Shown here one piece after another: positions 13,496 to 26,509 of a stretch of 64,000 bases of DNA. Within the stretch, counting starts at the first letter, position 1. Each line of letters opens with the position of its first letter. Source of the DNA: Zootoca vivipara (lineage: Eukaryota); contig NC_083287.1 in NCBI RefSeq assembly GCF_963506605.1, positions 37,448,001 to 37,512,000 of the forward strand, given 5' to 3'. The translations under genes and the position numbers were made by a program. A model generated the notes under the pieces. It did not search any database, was not told the DNA's origin, and saw only the letters and a program-made list of their open reading frames with translations.

Positions 13496-13999
13496 TCTTG
13501 GATGGAAATGAAAGGAGCAGTAAATCCTTAATTTTGGAGGACTGTTGTTACCTTGATGGGTATCAGTGGCCTTTGTACACAGAGAGAGTGGAGGTGTCAT
13601 GAGGACTGGACTTCTGTTATTGGTATCAGTGACTCATCAGAGTTGGTGAAGGATTTTGGGGTGACCTTGTGCTGCTTGATGCCTACAGGTGGTCATTCTA
13701 AGCTGCTTCTGTCCACTTAGCACTGCTGTAGAGCAGCCAGAACATGTTATAAATGAGGATGAGGTGAGGATGCAGGGACTACCCCCGGTCTAAGCAAGCA
13801 CAGATTATTCCTGAAGACATTGTGGCAGCCCAAGGAAGAGGGGGGTGCTTGAAAGTTTTGGCCTTGGCAGAGTTGGCACCTGTTCCTGGACCGGGTGAAG
13901 GCATCCACCTTTACTGGCCAGGTGTTCTTAGCATGACTGATGAGATTTGCTTAAATGTAGCCTCTTTGGTTGGTTTGGGTCTATTCTGGAACACTGATA

Positions 14000-14325
14000 C
14001 CACTATTCACAGTGTAGCCTGGAGTCATACATTTTCTATTGAAAAGGATGGTTGCCAATTTTTCATAAAAAGGCATCACCTTGGGTGGTGAGTAGTGACA
14101 TCATTGAACTTCTTGAAGACATTAATTTTCTCCTTGCACTGGGTGATAATATAGTGGTCGCTTCACTGGTGCATCTCCATAGAGAGCCAAGTAAAAATAA
14201 TATCTTTCTGAAACCAGTGTGAGAGTGCCTCTCATGTGAGAGTACAGGAGATGAGATCCACAAATATATGCACACCACAACTCCTCATCTGACCAGAATT
14301 AAGTCTTTAATCTCTGGGAGGCCAT
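14000..14325 (-). pseudogene. Decayed Myb/SANT-like (trihelix, Myb_DNA-bind_4-type) gene, likely PIF/Harbinger accessory gene
   Basis: Manual - strand translation across two frameshifts: MASQRLKT*FWSDEE / VHIFVDLISCTLT*EALSHWFQKDIIFTWLSMEMHQ*SDHYIITQCKEKINVFKKFNDV / MPFYEKLATILFNR. Confidence 0.72.
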
Positions 14326-14736
14326 CTGTTCAGAGTCAAACAACTACAGTACATGTATTAGGTATCTTGTGATTGCTCCTCAGTCAGGAAGGCAGTCTGT
14401 GTTAAAAACTATTTGCAGCCCATACTGTAGGGTCTTTGCTGTTGATCAAACCACCCTTTAGGTTGTGCTTTATGCCAGAAAATGGATAACATGGGAAGCA
14501 ATATCTCAAAACCCCAATATGAAGTCTGGCAAGCCTATCTCTAGAAGCATATACCGAATGCAAGTAACAACTCCAGGCCACCAAAGTCAGGGAATATTGT
14601 TCCTGGGTTTGTGAAAACAGAACTGAGACTTCAGGCCACAATGTGGATAGCAAATCAGGATGCCATAAGGAGTTTGAACTTTCTTAACCTTCCCAGGTGT
14701 GTGTGTGTTTGCTACAAGTTAATAAGGTAGACTAGA

Positions 14737-15284
14737 GTCACAAAATTAAAAGATGCCTGCTTCTTGGGTGAAAACCAATGACAAACCTAGACAGCATCTT
14801 AAAAAGCAGAGACATCACCTTGCTGACAGAGGTCCGTATAGTTAAAGCTATGGTTTTCCCAGTAGTGATGTATGGAAGTGAGAGCTGGACCATAAAGAAG
14901 GCTGATCGCCGAAGAATTGATGCTTTTGAATTATGGTGCTGGAGGAGACTCTTGAGAGTCCCATGGACTGCAAGAAGATCAAACCTATCCATTCTGAAGG
15001 AAATCAGCCCTGAGTGCTCACTGGAAGGACAAAACCTGAAGCTGAGGCTCCAATACTTTGGCCACCTCATGAGAAGAGAAGACTCCCTGGAAAAAACCCT
15101 GATGTTGGGAAAGATTGAGGGCACAAGGAGAAGGGGACGACAGAGGACGAGATGGTTGGACAGTGTTCTCGAAGCCACCAACATGAGTCTGACCAAACTG
15201 CGGGAAGCAGTGGAAGACAGGAGTGCCTGGCGTGCTCTGGTCCATGGGGTCACGAAGAGTTGGACACAACTAAACAACAACAAC
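14737..15284 (+). mobile_element. BovB LINE 3' fragment
   Basis: Close match to 4050..4606; (CAA)n tail; possible short TSD AGAGT. Confidence 0.95.
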
Positions 15285-16084
15285 AGAGTATCAGTGTGTA
15301 CTGAACATTTCAGTTTGCTGCTTACATCCCACTTTAGATTTAGTAGGGAGTACTGGGTTGTAGTCATTTCAAACTTTCTGCTATTGGACAGCAGCTACAA
15401 AACAAAGCTGTCTGTCTTGTGAAGAATGGGCTGTAATGGAGAAGCAGGATAGGGAAAGATGCCTGTTGCTAGGCAGAGTTAGGAGTGGGTTCTTTGGACA
15501 AAGTGGCAGAGATACCTGCTTCACTTTAATAGTGGCCTTTTTTGGTACCTTTTTGCCATTGTTTGGCAGGCATCTGACACAGGGTGAGCAAACAAACCAT
15601 GCTGAGTTTGCCTGTAATAAAAAGCCATAACTATAACAAGGCAAGTTTCATAAGCCAACAACAAACAATGGCTTAAGATCTTGGTTTGCTGGTTAAACTA
15701 AACACACCTTGACTTACATGTTGCGTGTGAACCAGGCCAATGTGTGCTAACAACATCTCTCTCTAACCAGACTTTGCCTGTCCTGAGGGAAACAACCATG
15801 TATTAATGATGGTAAAATGTTTTCAAGCTTAAACATTTGTCTGTTGGGAGAGAAGTCACTTCATCCTAAGATCATATTCTCTCCTGACTAATCTGTATCA
15901 GGTTGTTTTTTTTAAAGAAGATGCCTATTTTGTTGTTTCAAGCATGTTTAAAGTATCACAGATCTGTGTATAGAACAATGTTTTCGGTACAGGATGCAAA
16001 GGACTTGTACAGTCCTACTTGCCTACCATAGGTTGCTCCTTTGGTTATAGTAACATAACATGGCTTGCTATGTATTAGCTAAAG

Positions 16085-16752
16085 CAGTGGTTCCCAACAG
16101 GTGGTCCGGGGACCCCCAGGGGTCCACGAGCTATGCCAGAGGGGTCCGCAAGATGCTATTAGAATAAAAAATATATTAAATATATTTCGTATGATAACAG
16201 ATTTTTTGTTTTGGCCACTTCCTACATGAGCAGAGTCTAGCGCAAAACTAGAATTAGATAGAGGCAGTAGTTCTGCTGTATGCCGTTAGGTGACGCTTTA
16301 CAAACACTACTGTTTTGCAAAGAGGCAGCACGCACATTCTACTAACGCTCACCTCCCCAAGATGCTTTGCGCGCGTCGGCTTCATTTGTGCGCTACTGCG
16401 CAGGTACCCTGTCTTCTCCATTCCCCTCCCTCCTCCCTGGCGCGCGCTGCCTCTATGCAAAACAGTAGTGTTTGTAAACAAAGCGTTGTTTTTCACGGAA
16501 GCTACAGTTCGCGTAGTTAAAAATGGACCGTTGGTTAAAAAGTGGTTCGTTAAAACGACAAAGGCAGTAGGCTGATGGAGTATACTGATGGAGTACTCTG
16601 TTGTAACTGTAAAAAACGTATAAATATAAAATATAAAAAGACTCTTAATTTGGCTCTCACTTTTTAATTTTAGGATTAGGAATTAATGGGGGTCCTTGTC
16701 ACAATAGTGGCTCGATGAGGGGTCCTCGAGAAAATTTTGTTGGGAACCCCTG
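16085..16752. mobile_element. Non-autonomous hAT (Charlie-like) element, 668 bp
   Basis: TIR cagtggttcccaaca / tgttgggaacccctg; perfect 8-bp TSD AGCTAAAG. Confidence 0.92.
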
Positions 16753-17947
16753 AGCTAAAGCAAGCATAAGCAAAGGAAAACATAAGCCTGAATGTCCAGA
16801 GCCACATTTTCAAAGAAATTTCAGCCTCTAAAATGAAAGGTGGATTTTTAGAAAGCCAAGAAAGGAAAAGGTAAATGTGAGCTAGGCTGTAGAAAAACAT
16901 GAGCTAGGCTCATGTTTTCCATCTCTGTTTCAGATAAAAGCTTGACTGAAAATCTGACCCCAAGGAGGCACTCATGTTACTGCTGCAAAGTCCATGAGCA
17001 TCTCTTCAGTAAACTTGTGTGTGCTGGTTGATTTCCCATCAATCCAATTATAAAATAATCAAAATGGTACCAGCAGTTCACTATTGAAACAAACCACTGG
17101 TTTAATAGGCTGGACATTAATTTACAGTATTACTGCCATCTATTGGTCATTCTGCTCTACTGGTCCCACTTTTATTGAGGTTGAACCATATGTTAACTTA
17201 TTTATTAATACACAATATATATATTATACAAGTTGTTAAATGTAAAATAAGGCAAGTAGCTGCCTTCTAAGTGCTATTTATATTTTAACAAGCTCCCAAA
17301 ACCTGCCAACATAAGCAGCTTCTGTAAAACAAAGATTAGGTTAATATTATACTGGATTTAAATTACAGCCATAAATATTAATTATTCTTGGTAACAAGTT
17401 ACCACTGTACACTCTTCACTACACAAAGGATACTGGAATAAATGACTTTGTTTCATTAGTTTGTTGTGTCAGGGTTTTGTTTTTGTTTTAATTCTTTGAA
17501 ATATTTTGAGAAAACACTGACTGTCACATAAGTATTAAGGAAGAACTGACCTGAATTAGTTCTTAAGTTGTATTATTTGTATCACTTTTAGATATGGAGC
17601 TTAACAGTGTTTCATTAGCAAAAAGTCAATTTCCTGCTTACTATATAAATTTTGACACAGGGACAGGAATGAGTGGTTTATACAGTTAATTAATTTTAGA
17701 GTCTGGACTCATGGTTAGTTAGACGGATGAAGCTAGAGTTTAGTGTTGACAGTTTGGAGTGATGTGACCTAGAAGTAAAGCAGCAAGCTACAGAGTCAAA
17801 GAGCAATGTCTGGATCCAAGGCTGCAGCTATGGGAGAAACAAGATACTTTGGGGGTGTTAATGCTGTGAATCTCTCCATCATAGGATCAAGTTGTACTTT
17901 TGTGTAAATAAACCATATACCAGAAAAACACCAAAGTCCCCACTGTA

Positions 17948-18173
17948 TAGGGTTGCCATATTTCAAAAAGTGAAAATCCAGACACAAATGTTTTTTAGCC
18001 TTTTTAGGCAAAATCGCAAGAACCTGAGGTTTTTGAGCTATTTTAAATGACAATCACATGGGCTGCCATGCATGTGGATTTTCACAGACATTTCAGCAAT
18101 TTCTGCCTGGACGCTGTTTACAAGGGCTGAATACTGGTTATGTCCAGGAAATTTTGGACGTATGGCAACTGTG
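17948..18173. mobile_element. Old hAT (Blackjack-like) MITE
   Basis: Termini tagggttgccata / tatggcaactgt; TSD not readable. Confidence 0.6.
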
Positions 18174-19979
18174 CCTTATCTCAAAAGGAAACACAGATCC
18201 TAGATAAGCACCTGAAACCTGTGGAATATCGCACCACTTGGAGATTGGGGTTGCATGCAACAATATGTTGTGCCAAGTTGAATTCACTGTATTTGTATTC
18301 ACAATATTTGGTATTGCTATGCTCAGTGGCTAACACAAATTGATAAGCTGAATCATGTGCAACATTCAGTATGCCCACATAACTCATTTATGGGAGCCTA
18401 CCTAGTCTTTCCATGTTTAAAATTCCAAACTTCATTTCAGAAATCATTACTGCAAAAGTAACAGAAAGCTGACTTTAATTTGCCAAGAGTTTAGTATAGA
18501 CAATTCTGGATATATCTGTTTATACAGTTTATCACAGATCGAACATAGCGGAAATTATTTCAAAACAAATGAAATTCTATCATCTTTTGGTGTCCCATTG
18601 ATCTGAGGACTGTCTTTTGTTTGAATGCAGCAGCTAGAATAGCCACATCACCATAATTATTGGGAATCCCATGCTGTTTGCACATGTAGAATGGAAGAGG
18701 ACTTACAGGAATGCCACTTTATCAGAAGAACAAAGACATACCAGAATAAATTTTCACGACAGTTTCTTACAAGATATTCCTGTTGGTGTAAGAGTCATCA
18801 AGTCATTAGACTGGATGGTATCAATGGTGTAATACAAACTCTTCTCCTTCAGCCTTAGCTACAGGCTATCAATTTCATTTCAGACCTTCAGTATTTATTG
18901 AGCACACAGTCATAAAGCTATCCCCTTGTACCAAAATGCAAATATAAACTGTGCGTTCATCAGAAATGCCTCAAACATCATTGGAGATTTCAGGAAATGC
19001 CTTATGAGTAGCATCAGCCAAGTGCAACCACCAAACAGCAAATTAAACTCTTCCCCCACAAGTAGGACTACAAGTGGCATATGGCTTGTTGAATCAGATA
19101 AAACAGAGATAATGCTACTGCAGACAACATTCTTGTTGAGTTTATATCTAAATTGTGAATATTCTACTGAAGCTTGTTTTTAAAAGATAATTTGAGATTT
19201 TTTATATATATAATGTTATGTTTTCTCCATAAACTTACCGTTCCTTAAGTGATACTTCTGTGCTTGAGATCTGGAATAAACTACTAGCTAGTACCGGTAT
19301 CTGTTGTAGTAATGTGTGACTTAACACTGACCCCTAGTGACAGCCTGCAGAACTTAACACAAAGCGTATGCCAATATCGCAGAGGGATAAGCTATGTTAG
19401 TCTCTCGCAGCAACAATAAAGAAGAATCTGATGGCACCCTAAATACGAATGAATACATTTAGGGCAGTGCACAACATAAAAATATAAAAACAAAAAATAT
19501 GTTAAAAAACAAGAACAAAAACCCCACAAACCAATAATACACCTACCCCTCCCACAAACACATTTAAAAAACGGTATAAGGTGTTAATCAGCAGCAGCAG
19601 CCAAATACCAGCTGCTGTGGGACATATTTGCTTATTGTCTTTGTATAAAAGAATGCCAAGTTATACTTTTGGCTCAAAACACTGGACACAGAATTCCTCC
19701 TTTAATTTTGTAAGACTCTGAAGATTGGGAGGTTCAAAATGACTAAATTTTAATTTTCATTAAAGCTAGAAGAAAAAGACCCATCAAGCTTCTAGAAGAT
19801 CCCACTATTCTGACCCAGAGGACCACATTCTTATAGGTGGGACTACCAAAGAGTTGTGAAAAAGAAACAGTCTTATATCCTAACCCTAATCCATATTTCC
19901 AAATATTCAGGATCAGGACCTTGGATCTTTAAAATACGAGTCCTCGTTGCATCAGCATGAGTATGGGCATCCTAAAAAC

Positions 19980-20132
19980 TGAGGATGTAATTGAGTGGCG
20001 GAGCACATGTTCCGTATGCAAAGGTCTTAGGTTCAACACTTGCCATCTCCACATAGAACTGGGAAATATCCCTATCCTAGAAAGCCTCTGCTGGCTAGTG
20101 TAGTCAAAATTAATCTGAGACGGACTACTGGT
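19980..20132 (+). mobile_element. Old tRNA-derived SINE remnant
   Basis: Degenerate A/B-box head (gagtggcggagca...aggttcaacac); related copy on - strand at about 24555..24740. Confidence 0.55.
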
Positions 20133-20480
20133 TTTTTCTTTTCAAAATCATGCCTTCTAAAGTCACTATGACTCACAGACTTCTAGTGAGTCCACATTGT
20201 AAGTGGGAATTCTACCCTGCCTCCATTCAGGAAAGTATTTTCAGATAAAAGTGTTATAAGTAAATTTAACAAATTTACTTGATTTGAAATGGGGGAATAT
20301 TAATAGCAACCATGGACCAGTGACTGTTTTTTTTTCATTTGATGGCTGAAGATTAAAATTTCATTAACAGAGCAATCCTAAAAGGGAGAAACTGCTACTT
20401 CCTAAGCTCTGATGGTTCACAATGGCCAGGGCAGAAGTTGTAGGGTGGAATTTCCACACACACCAACTGGGTCTTCTAAT

Positions 20481-20570
20481 CATAGCTGCCAAGTTATCCC
20501 TTTTTTAAAGGGAAATTCCCTTATACTGAATAGGCTTCCTCGCGAGAAAAGGGAAAACTTGGCAGCTATG
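20481..20570. mobile_element. 90-bp hAT-type mini-MITE
   Basis: TIR catagctgccaagtt; perfect 8-bp TSD CTTCTAAT. Confidence 0.92.
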
Positions 20571-21518
20571 CTTCTAATACCTCCCCCCCAATTGAGAAAA
20601 TAAGATCCAGAGCTGGTGTGCTATTTGCCCCTTTCAGGGCCATGTCAGAGGAACAAGGGGGCTTTGAATTCAGTAGATCTGAGTCTTGCCCTGATCTATC
20701 CCCAGAATGCCCTGTTTACGGTTGTACTGCCTTTGAAGCACCACCAGCCAATAGAGCAACAGCTGTTGCACTGCAGAGGTTTCTGCCTGTGAACCTCCCC
20801 TCTTCACCCACAGAAAGTGAAACATCCTATGGCACCTCAGCCACCCACCCAGGAAGTATAGGATTGCTCACTTAAGCTTAGTATATAATTGTGCCCTATG
20901 GCTCCAATCCATTGTGCTCAGTGATCCTTACCTCTGACTAAAAATTACCAGTCCTTCCCTGTAAGACTGTAGTCCTAAACACCCTTTCTATGGCTTAATT
21001 CAGAGTAAGCATGTAGAGGTTGGTGCTTAACGGCAACGATATAAATAGCAGAGCACATGGACAACTGAGATTTCCATCTGTATATTTCCTATGCTAACAC
21101 TTCTGCCAAGTTTTGTTTAACAAACAGATGAGCCTACTATAAAATGACTATGAAATGATACTCAGTTGGGCATATGGCTTATGTTCTTTACAAAAATAAT
21201 AATATACATGCATGCAAAAAGAATTCCTCTGCTTAGACTGCACTACTGATAGGTAAGTTCAGAATGAAGGGTAGTGTTAGAAATGGAAATGGCACATCCT
21301 GTGCACACTTACTTGAGCTCGATTGGACATCTCAGGAAACATGTATGTATGTGCTGTAAATGTTTCAGCCTCAATACACACGAGCATCTTGCTAATTTCT
21401 AAATGCTAGCATAAGCAATTGACATGGCTTATAAAGAGATACGTTAAGGATGCTTTCTTTCCTCAGCTTAAAAATTAAAATAGCTTTGGGGATGTCCCCT
21501 TTTTATCCCTTTTTCTAG

Positions 21519-21768
21519 TGCAGTGGCAGAAGCTGATGGTATTGAGCCACTGATCAACCTTCTGAGTTCTAAGAGAGATGGGGTCGTTGCAAGTGCTGCT
21601 ACTGTTCTCACCAACCTGGCCACCCAGGAGCCTCTGCGTGTCAGCATCCAGAGCCACGGTATTATGACGGCAATTGTAGAACCACTGCATTCCACCAACA
21701 GCATAGTGCAAAGCCGAGCAGCTCTTACCGTGGCTGCAGTTGGTTGTGATGCTGATGCCAGGACTGAG
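21519..21768 (+). CDS. ARMC3: ARMC3 exon (AVAEADGIEPLINLLSSKRDG...GCDADARTE)
   Basis: ttttctag acceptor, GAG|gtgagg donor; 250 bp; overlaps ORF 21523..21888. Confidence 0.95.
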
Positions 21769-22369
21769 GTGAGGTACATGCAATGCAGCATCTGCTTTGA
21801 AAATCACGATGGGGGAACTCTGGTACCTTTTGCTTTGTGCGGCTTTCTTGAATCAGTGCATTTATTATGCTTCCTAGAAAAGATCTAGTTTGTGGTTCTT
21901 ATATAAAAATTAGGAGCCAAATATGTGCTGTCTTTGTTACAGTATATAAAATTTGTGCAGGGAAATTTTACCATGGTGCACTATGCAAGTTTTTTGTGTG
22001 GGGTGTGTGAATATGAATGAAGCAAACTAGAGGTGGGCTAATGGCTCCATATTGAAGCTTATGCTTTTGTATACAGAAGATCCCATTTCAATCTCTGGTT
22101 TCTTCATATGAGGGATATCAATGGAGCCTCACCAGGGACTGGTGTTTTATTGCAAGTGTATTCTTCAGCATGCTCTTGACACAATTAATACAGTACTGGT
22201 GGTGGATTTATTCTGCTTCAGTTTGTTCTGAGAAGCAAACACAGTGCAAACATAAGCTTCATTTTTCAGCCTAAAGTGTTGCCAAGTGCTGTCTACAGTG
22301 GACAATATTCCTACTTGAAAGAATGTATCATTTGACAAGCAAGCAATGTATCTTTTTTTTCTTTTTTAG

Positions 22370-22506
22370 TTACGGAATTCAGGAGGGCTTGACCCTCTTA
22401 TTAAGCTCCTATATTCTAAACATGATGAAGTCCGAAGAAATGCCTGTTGGGCTGTTATGGTTTGTGCAGCTGATGATCCAACCGCTGCTGCAATGACCAG
22501 GCTAGG
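22370..22506 (+). CDS. ARMC3: ARMC3 exon (LRNSGGLDPLIKLLYSKHDEVRRNACWAVMVCA...RLG)
   Basis: poly-T tract + tag acceptor, GG|gtgagt donor; 137 bp. Confidence 0.95.
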
Positions 22507-23215
22507 GTGAGTAGTAGGAATCCCAGAGTGACTGTTAATGGTGACTGTAGAACTTGTAATAATGAATTTACAAGTGTGTGTAATGCTCCTGTTCAGGGTT
22601 CTAGTCAGCTGGCCATGCCCTTCTTCAGGATACTCCATTACATTCTCACTTCCCTTAGTTTACATTTCCCTCCTACCAACAACCAGCATTATGTGCCTGA
22701 ACGTGCTCAATCTTAATGGTTTTTCATTCTGCCTGCATGCCCCCCTCTCTCACACCCACATACCCACAGATTTTTTTCCTCCTGAATACTTTTTTTTTTT
22801 ACTTCTGCAAACCCTGGCAGTTTTGCAAGCCTCCTGATAACCACCTCCATGTGTACAGGTGTTTTGACTACATAAGGATCCCTGCTCTGAGAATTTCACT
22901 ATTGTACATAGAGACGTATTTTTAATTTCTTGAATTCTGTTTGAGATAAATTATTTCACAGCTTATTCAGGCACAGTTTTGCACCACTGTAACTGTTATA
23001 CAGTGGTCTTACTATACAGAGAACTAGAAAAGGCTTAGTTCTACTATACAGAGAACTCAAACAGACATAACTAATTGCAGAATGAGTCTCTTTGCCATAA
23101 CGGATCAGGCTAGATCAGATATTAATAGGCATTATATCAGAGTAGAATAAGATGTTTTTAAATGGGTTAGAGTACAAAGAACCCTTTTTATTGTGTACTT
23201 CTGTTTCTGGAACAG

Positions 23216-23384
23216 TGCTTTAGATATTCTTGAAGAAATTAACTTGTCCATTGGGCGCAAAAACAACTTCAGTGATGCAGCTTTGGATAAAATACTTGAT
23301 CACAACCTTCCACAGAAATATAGCCAAATGGGTTTTTTAACATCCAGCAACATAATAACAGATGGGTTCTATGACTTTGGACAA
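23216..23384 (+). CDS. ARMC3: ARMC3 exon (ALDILEEINLSIGRKNNFS...DGFYDFGQ)
   Basis: aacag acceptor, CAA|gtaagt donor; 169 bp. Confidence 0.95.
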
Positions 23385-23503
23385 GTAAGTTTACTTTTAG
23401 TATGTTAAACTCGTCAGAGGGCTGTTGCCCATCTTCTTGCTCTATTTATAAACCCTATGTATAAATAATGCCCCAAATTTTTTCCAAGCTAAGACTTCAC
23501 ATA

Positions 23504-23707
23504 CCATGTTTCTCCAAAAATAAGACACCGTCTTATATTTATTTTTCCTCAAAAAAACCCCACGGTGGCTTATTTTCAGGGGATGTCTTTATTATTATTA
23601 TTAAGTATGGTACAGTTTAACCTACAAGGTTAAACTGCCTATCACTATGGCTTATTTTCGGGGTATGGATTATTTTCGGGGTATGGCTTATTTTCGGAGA
23701 AACACGG
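23504..23707. mobile_element. Tc1/mariner-superfamily (Tc2/pogo-like) MITE
   Basis: TA TSD; TIR ccatgtttctccaaaaataag / cttattttcggagaaacacgg. Confidence 0.85.
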
Positions 23708-24219
23708 TACATGAAACAACCCATTATACTTCCATTAGCTGATGGGCTGGCAAGTTGCAGTGCAGTGAGGCATAAAAAATGGCAACTACCCAGCTTCAAA
23801 TGGCTTCCAGGCAATTGCAGCTCAAATGACAGCACAGGGTGTAGGGAGGGGATGCATGAGGCAGTCAGTCTTGGTTGGCAGCCCATTCATGGCAGTATGC
23901 TGAGAAACACCCACTCCAGGACTGATACTCATTCTAGCTCTGACCTTGGTGGGCCTTAGATATAAATTAGAGTTTACAAACCCTAAAGTCTGCTATGCCT
24001 GCTCCAGTCAGGGTCATACCTAGGGGTTTGTTAGGTTGGCCCCCTCTGGCTTGGGGTGGCTAGGAGCCCATCTGTCCGCACGCTCCCTGAGCCAATGCTC
24101 TTATGCTCTGAGCAGCCAGGCAAGATTAACAGTTTTGGTGGCTCACATAGAGGCAGTTGAGTTTCCTTGAAACCTACATTGACTTACATCTTGTGCTTCA
24201 TTCTAATCTTCCTACATAG

Positions 24220-24320
24220 GTAAAACCAGGTGTAAAACTACTGTCACTGGAGGAACTCAGTGCTCAGGAGCTTAATGATCATCGGGCTATAATCTTAGTA
24301 AATTCTAAAACACCAGAACT
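24220..24320 (+). CDS. ARMC3: ARMC3 exon (VKPGVKLLSLEELSAQELNDHRAIILVNSKTPE)
   Basis: catag acceptor, CT|gtgagt donor; 101 bp; similar to human INPGTKLLPLKELCLQEPSDLRAVLLINSK. Confidence 0.92.
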
Positions 24321-26509
24321 GTGAGTCTGTTAAACACTACTGTGACCTGTATTGCATGTTACACGAGATTGAGGACCCTGCGAAAAAGATTTCTGGGAGA
24401 TGTTTGTTTTGTAGGGAGGGGAAATCAGCAAACATTCCCTTCCTTCCTCTTCCATTAGCAAACCTATCTGGATCAAGAGCCTTTTCACTCACAGAAGGGT
24501 ACCAACTATCTACAATTTGTGGAAAATTTTGGTTTTATAACTTTTAATTATGCTAGGAATTTAGGAAGCTGTCTTTTATATCAGTTCAGGCTATTAGCCC
24601 ATCTAGCCCAGTTTTGTTTACTCTGGCAGACAATATCTCTCCAGCATCTCAGGCAGAGGTCTTTCTTATCACCTGCTACCTGATTCTTTTAATTGGAAAT
24701 GCCAAAGGTTGAACTGGGGGCATGTGCACACCCTTAGCTATGTTGTACAATAATATTCATGACATTTTCATTCTGAGATCCAGGTGTTTAAAAATATTCA
24801 ATTACCAACTGCAGCACCTTAACCATCAGCCACTAAATGACATGTTTAAGAGAGTACCCCATTCTAGTTCCATCAAATGAGATGACCATAGCCTTGGGGT
24901 GGGGGCACCAGACATGTACCAAACCCTTAGTAGTCTCTTGCACAATATTCAACACAACCAGTTAGGCAGAAGCTTCTTTCCTGTCATTAGCCTTGGGGCT
25001 TCCAATGTCTGCAACCACCAGCTCTCTACTATTTTAATATTGTGAGCCACCTGCAATCCTCAATTGAAGGGCAGCATAGAAATTCAATAAACAAACAAAC
25101 AAACAAAGTACACATCAATCCTGGCCTGGCACTTATGGAGTGACTTAGATTGCATTTTTCCATCACTATACTCAGTCCAATTGTATTGAAGATTGCCGCC
25201 CTCTATCTTACTGAACATTTGTAATAACATCACATTTTAGCCAAAGCCTTGTTGTGCATTGGGGGTTTTTAAGCAACTTTCTCAACACCTGCAGTTTAAG
25301 TTGAAGCCATCTTGCAAACAGAAGAAAATGTCCCAGGAAAGACTGAAAATAGGAACAGGAATACATAGAAGTGGAAAAGATAAGAGGGAAAACACAGAAC
25401 CTAAAAAAGGGGGAAAGTGAATAGAATGGCAGGGGTGCAGACCATGACAAGAAAGGAATGCCTCTAGTTGCATCCCTCTTTGAAGGTTACACACATCCTC
25501 AGTCCAGTCCTATGTACTTCAACAGGCTTTTTCCTGCTGACACACCACCTAGTCTACTCTTAGGATAGGGGTTGGCTAGCCTGTGTGCTGGAGCTGACTG
25601 CCAAGAGTATTTTTGTAACCCCCAATAATTTTGCTTTTAAAAACAAAACAAAAAATCTCTTCTGTTGAGGGGTCCCCAGGTGATAACCCAGCATTTGTTC
25701 AGCAATCAAAAAATTGGGTGCCTCTACCTTGATTTACTTTGAAAGATGCTTCTTCTCCTTCTTTCACAGCACCACTCCCTCTTTCTTGTGCTCCAGGGCC
25801 TTCTTGCAACAGTAACTGTTGCAAATAGGGCTTAGAGCTCAGGAAGGAATACTCCTCCATTTTTCATGACCACTTAAATCTCCTCTCCCCGTCCAGATGC
25901 CAGCAGGTGCCAGTATCCAAGTCCCCTCCATGGTGGGGGCTCGTGGGGTGCTAGCTCTAGGCAGGGGATGCAGAGGGGAGGGAAGGAAGGAGGGGGCCCC
26001 AGGACAGAGGGAGGTGGGTGGGCAGTCGGGGGTCTTACATGTGCTCTCCAATGACGGTGATGGTGGAGGCTGGGGCGGATCAGCATAGTCAGTTTTTGGG
26101 GCGGGGCCCCCAAAAATATTTTGGGGGAGGCTGAAAGCATCTGAGCTCCTTAGAATTGGCACCTTTGCAGGGGGCCATCTAAATGTGGTGTGCGTACTTG
26201 CCTGCCTATCTGTGCAATGTGTGTGTGGTCTGTACCTGTGCTGTAAATGTGGCAAGGGTTTGGGTGCACATGCACATCTGTGTAAAGCAGTGGCTGTTGG
26301 CCATTTTGGCCATATCTACAGCAGGCGTGTGGCCCATTGATTGAAAAAGGGTAGGCATCCCTGTCTTCAGGCATGCTCCTTCGCACCCCATGTGATACGC
26401 ACTTCTACTTTTTTGTACAGATTATATTTTATTCTGTTATGTGGGAAAAATACTTATTTGTCTGATATGATGGTGTGCAGCAACAGCGTAGCGTCCTTTA
26501 TTGTTCCAG

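Noticed and set aside
11700-14700. Endogenous viral element
   Set aside because: No viral motifs found by manual translation; the readable relic is Myb/SANT-like
25810-26150. G-rich segment with Pro-rich ORFs
   Set aside because: Probably a decayed TE; termini and TSD could not be defined
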